A stretch of DNA of 64,000 nucleotides from an uncultured bacterium (GTDB lineage Bacteria > Verrucomicrobiota > Verrucomicrobiia > Limisphaerales > UBA8199): the NCBI GenBank assembly GCA_963749495.1, contig CAVVMW010000015.1:416001-480000 (forward strand), in the 5' to 3' direction. Under the pieces are notes generated by a model. The model was not told the DNA's origin, did not search any database, and saw only the letters and a list, made by a program, of their open reading frames with translations. Made by a program: the position numbers and the translations under genes. Below, one piece after another: positions 63,178 to 64,000 of the stretch (the stretch's first letter is position 1; each line of letters starts with the position of its first letter).

Positions 63178-64000
63178 ATGACCGGCTGCACCAATTTTCA
63201 ATTTTCAATTTCTTTTCCGCGTCGTGTGTCTGGTTCTGGCTGCGCCTGCCTGCTCCTCCTGCCGGCCCTGCTCCTGTGGCCCGGCTCAATTCTCGGCTCT
63301 CCAGCCGGCGCCCTGCGGGAATACAAGAGCGGGCAGTACGAGCAGGCGCTCAAGGAGTACCAACGTTTGCTCCAGCGCAAGGGGGACGACCCGCGTCTGC
63401 GTTACAATGCGGGCGCGGCTGCCTATCGCAACCGCCAATTCGACGAAGCCGCCAAACAGCTTGAGGAGGCCCTCAACGCTTCCGACCCGCGGCTCCTGGA
63501 ACGGGCTTACTACAACCGCGGCAATACCCTCTACTACCTCGGGGAACAGGCCCCCGACCCCTCCAAACGCACCGAGACCTGGCAGAAATCGCTCCAGGAC
63601 TTCCAGAACACTCTCAAGCTCAACCCGCAGGACCAGGACGCCAAATTCAACCTCGAGTTCGTGAAGAAGAAGCTCGAAGAACTCAAACAGCAGCAGCAGC
63701 AATCCCAGCAGAACAAGTCCGACCAGCAGCAAAACCAGGATCAGCAGCAGCGACAGCAGCAGGACCAAAGCCAGAAGCAAAACAAGGATCAGCAGCAGCA
63801 ACAACAGGCCCAAGAGCAGAAGCCCGATCAATCCCAGCAACAGCAGGCGCAGCAGCCCAAGCAAGACGACCAGAAGAAACAGCAGGCCGCCCAATCCGAC
63901 GAACAGAAGAAGGAGCAGCAGGCCAAACAATCCTCCGCCCAGCCCAAGGAATCCGATCAAAAGCCGCCGCAGGAGGCGGCCACTCCCGCCGGCCAGATGA
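63178..64000 (+). CDS. TPR protein with Gln-rich linker, BatC-like, 3' partial
   Basis: My translation from ATG 63178: signal-like segment, YKSGQYEQA, RYNAGAAAY, YYNRGNTLY, DAKFNLE, then poly-Q. Confidence 0.85.
   Translation, partial: MTGCTNFQFSISFPRRVSGSGCACLLLLPALLLWPGSILGSPAGALREYKSGQYEQALKEYQRLLQRKGDDPRLRYNAGAAAYRNRQFDEAAKQLEEALNASDPRLLERAYYNRGNTLYYLGEQAPDPSKRTETWQKSLQDFQNTLKLNPQDQDAKFNLEFVKKKLEELKQQQQQSQQNKSDQQQNQDQQQRQQQDQSQKQNKDQQQQQQAQEQKPDQSQQQQAQQPKQDDQKKQQAAQSDEQKKEQQAKQSSAQPKESDQKPPQEAATPAGQM

Overview
GC-rich bacterial DNA. The gene families (prepilin/H-X9-DG protein, MoxR-DUF58-Bat operon, secreted proteins with PVC-style termini) suggest Verrucomicrobiota; this is an inference. 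Layout: (i) core genes at 1-14.3 kb (hybrid histidine kinase, GT4, Nif3, purH, RRM, lepB, gcvH-like, mutY, FlgM-like, MFS/spermidine synthase, thrS); (ii) an accessory region at about 14.9-40.5 kb around tRNA-Leu(CAA), tRNA-Arg(TCT) and tRNA-Pro(TGG), with two tyrosine integrases, several toxin-antitoxin modules, large secreted proteins, an IS1380 with a passenger gene and many fused gene fragments; (iii) core genes again (SulP, GAF, allE, recR-ybaB-dnaX-ffs, orphan MTase, an IS inserted in a REP, ygfA-rny, skp, moxR-DUF58-batABC). The most striking unexplained structure is non-coding. At least 8 different 7-bp tandem-repeat types sit at gene junctions with a largely consistent polarity, supply stop codons, and in the bat operon form translationally coupled bridge ORFs. 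Several families of miniature mobile elements are also present, including a 192-bp element whose removal restores a DUF434-like reading frame. Other highlights: a terminator-ended leader before purH, a sigma28-type promoter before a FlgM-like gene coupled to mutY, pervasive leaderless promoters, and an elastin-like (GPGMP)n secreted protein. Single-base frameshifts in several genes, including thrS, most likely reflect assembly errors. All family assignments come from motif recognition by eye; no searches were run.
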